From: Octopus vulgaris
Taxonomy: Eukaryota
Assembly: GCA_951406725.2 (NCBI GenBank)
Contig: OX597833.1
Span: 32,302,001 to 32,366,000 of the forward strand
Reading direction: 5' to 3'
Length of the DNA: 64,000 bases
Shown: positions 63,912 to 64,000 of the stretch, in pieces
Layout: every line of letters begins with the position of its first letter
Numbering within the stretch: the first letter of the stretch is position 1
Translations under genes and position numbers: made by a program
The notes under the pieces: generated by a model
Told to the model about the DNA's origin: nothing
What the model saw: only the letters and a program-made list of their open reading frames with translations
Database searches by the model: none

Positions 63912-64000
63912 GCAACGTAGACAGCCGTATCTTGACAGAAAGTGAGATAAAACAAAGCAAAATACATAGACAACATTGAATTCAAACTCTTGATCTAATG
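63912..64000. repeat. Direct duplicate of intron sequence 63014-63102, running off the window edge
   Basis: GCAACGTAGACAGCCGTAT.TTGACAGAAAGTGAG...CTCTTGATCTAATG, about 2 mismatches, 898-bp offset. Confidence 0.92.

Overview
This is repeat-dense, AT-rich animal DNA. The SINE families and microsatellite load resemble an octopus/cephalopod genome, which is my inference. The only host gene seen is the last two coding exons of a minus-strand trypsin-family serine protease (60090-63211). The rest is mobile DNA: a decayed RLE-type (Hero-like) LINE in a TA repeat, a full-length Tx1/L1-like LINE with an open ORF2 and a 14-bp TSD, a near-complete Rep/PIF1 Helitron next to an inverted Helitron/piggyBac mosaic, a mariner, a Tc1 half, LINE relics and many SINEs. 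The most striking hidden signal is a set of sequence-diverse hammerhead ribozyme (HHR) motifs, folded by hand. Two are near-canonical (15052-15102 minus, 50620-50688 plus) and about eight are variants. They lie in short non-coding elements arranged as direct or inverted repeats, mostly between microsatellites, as expected for Penelope pseudo-LTR or retrozyme-like elements. Several of these families also share a TAYTTCYAGCA-anchored multi-hairpin module. Most small ORFs in the track are microsatellite artefacts.
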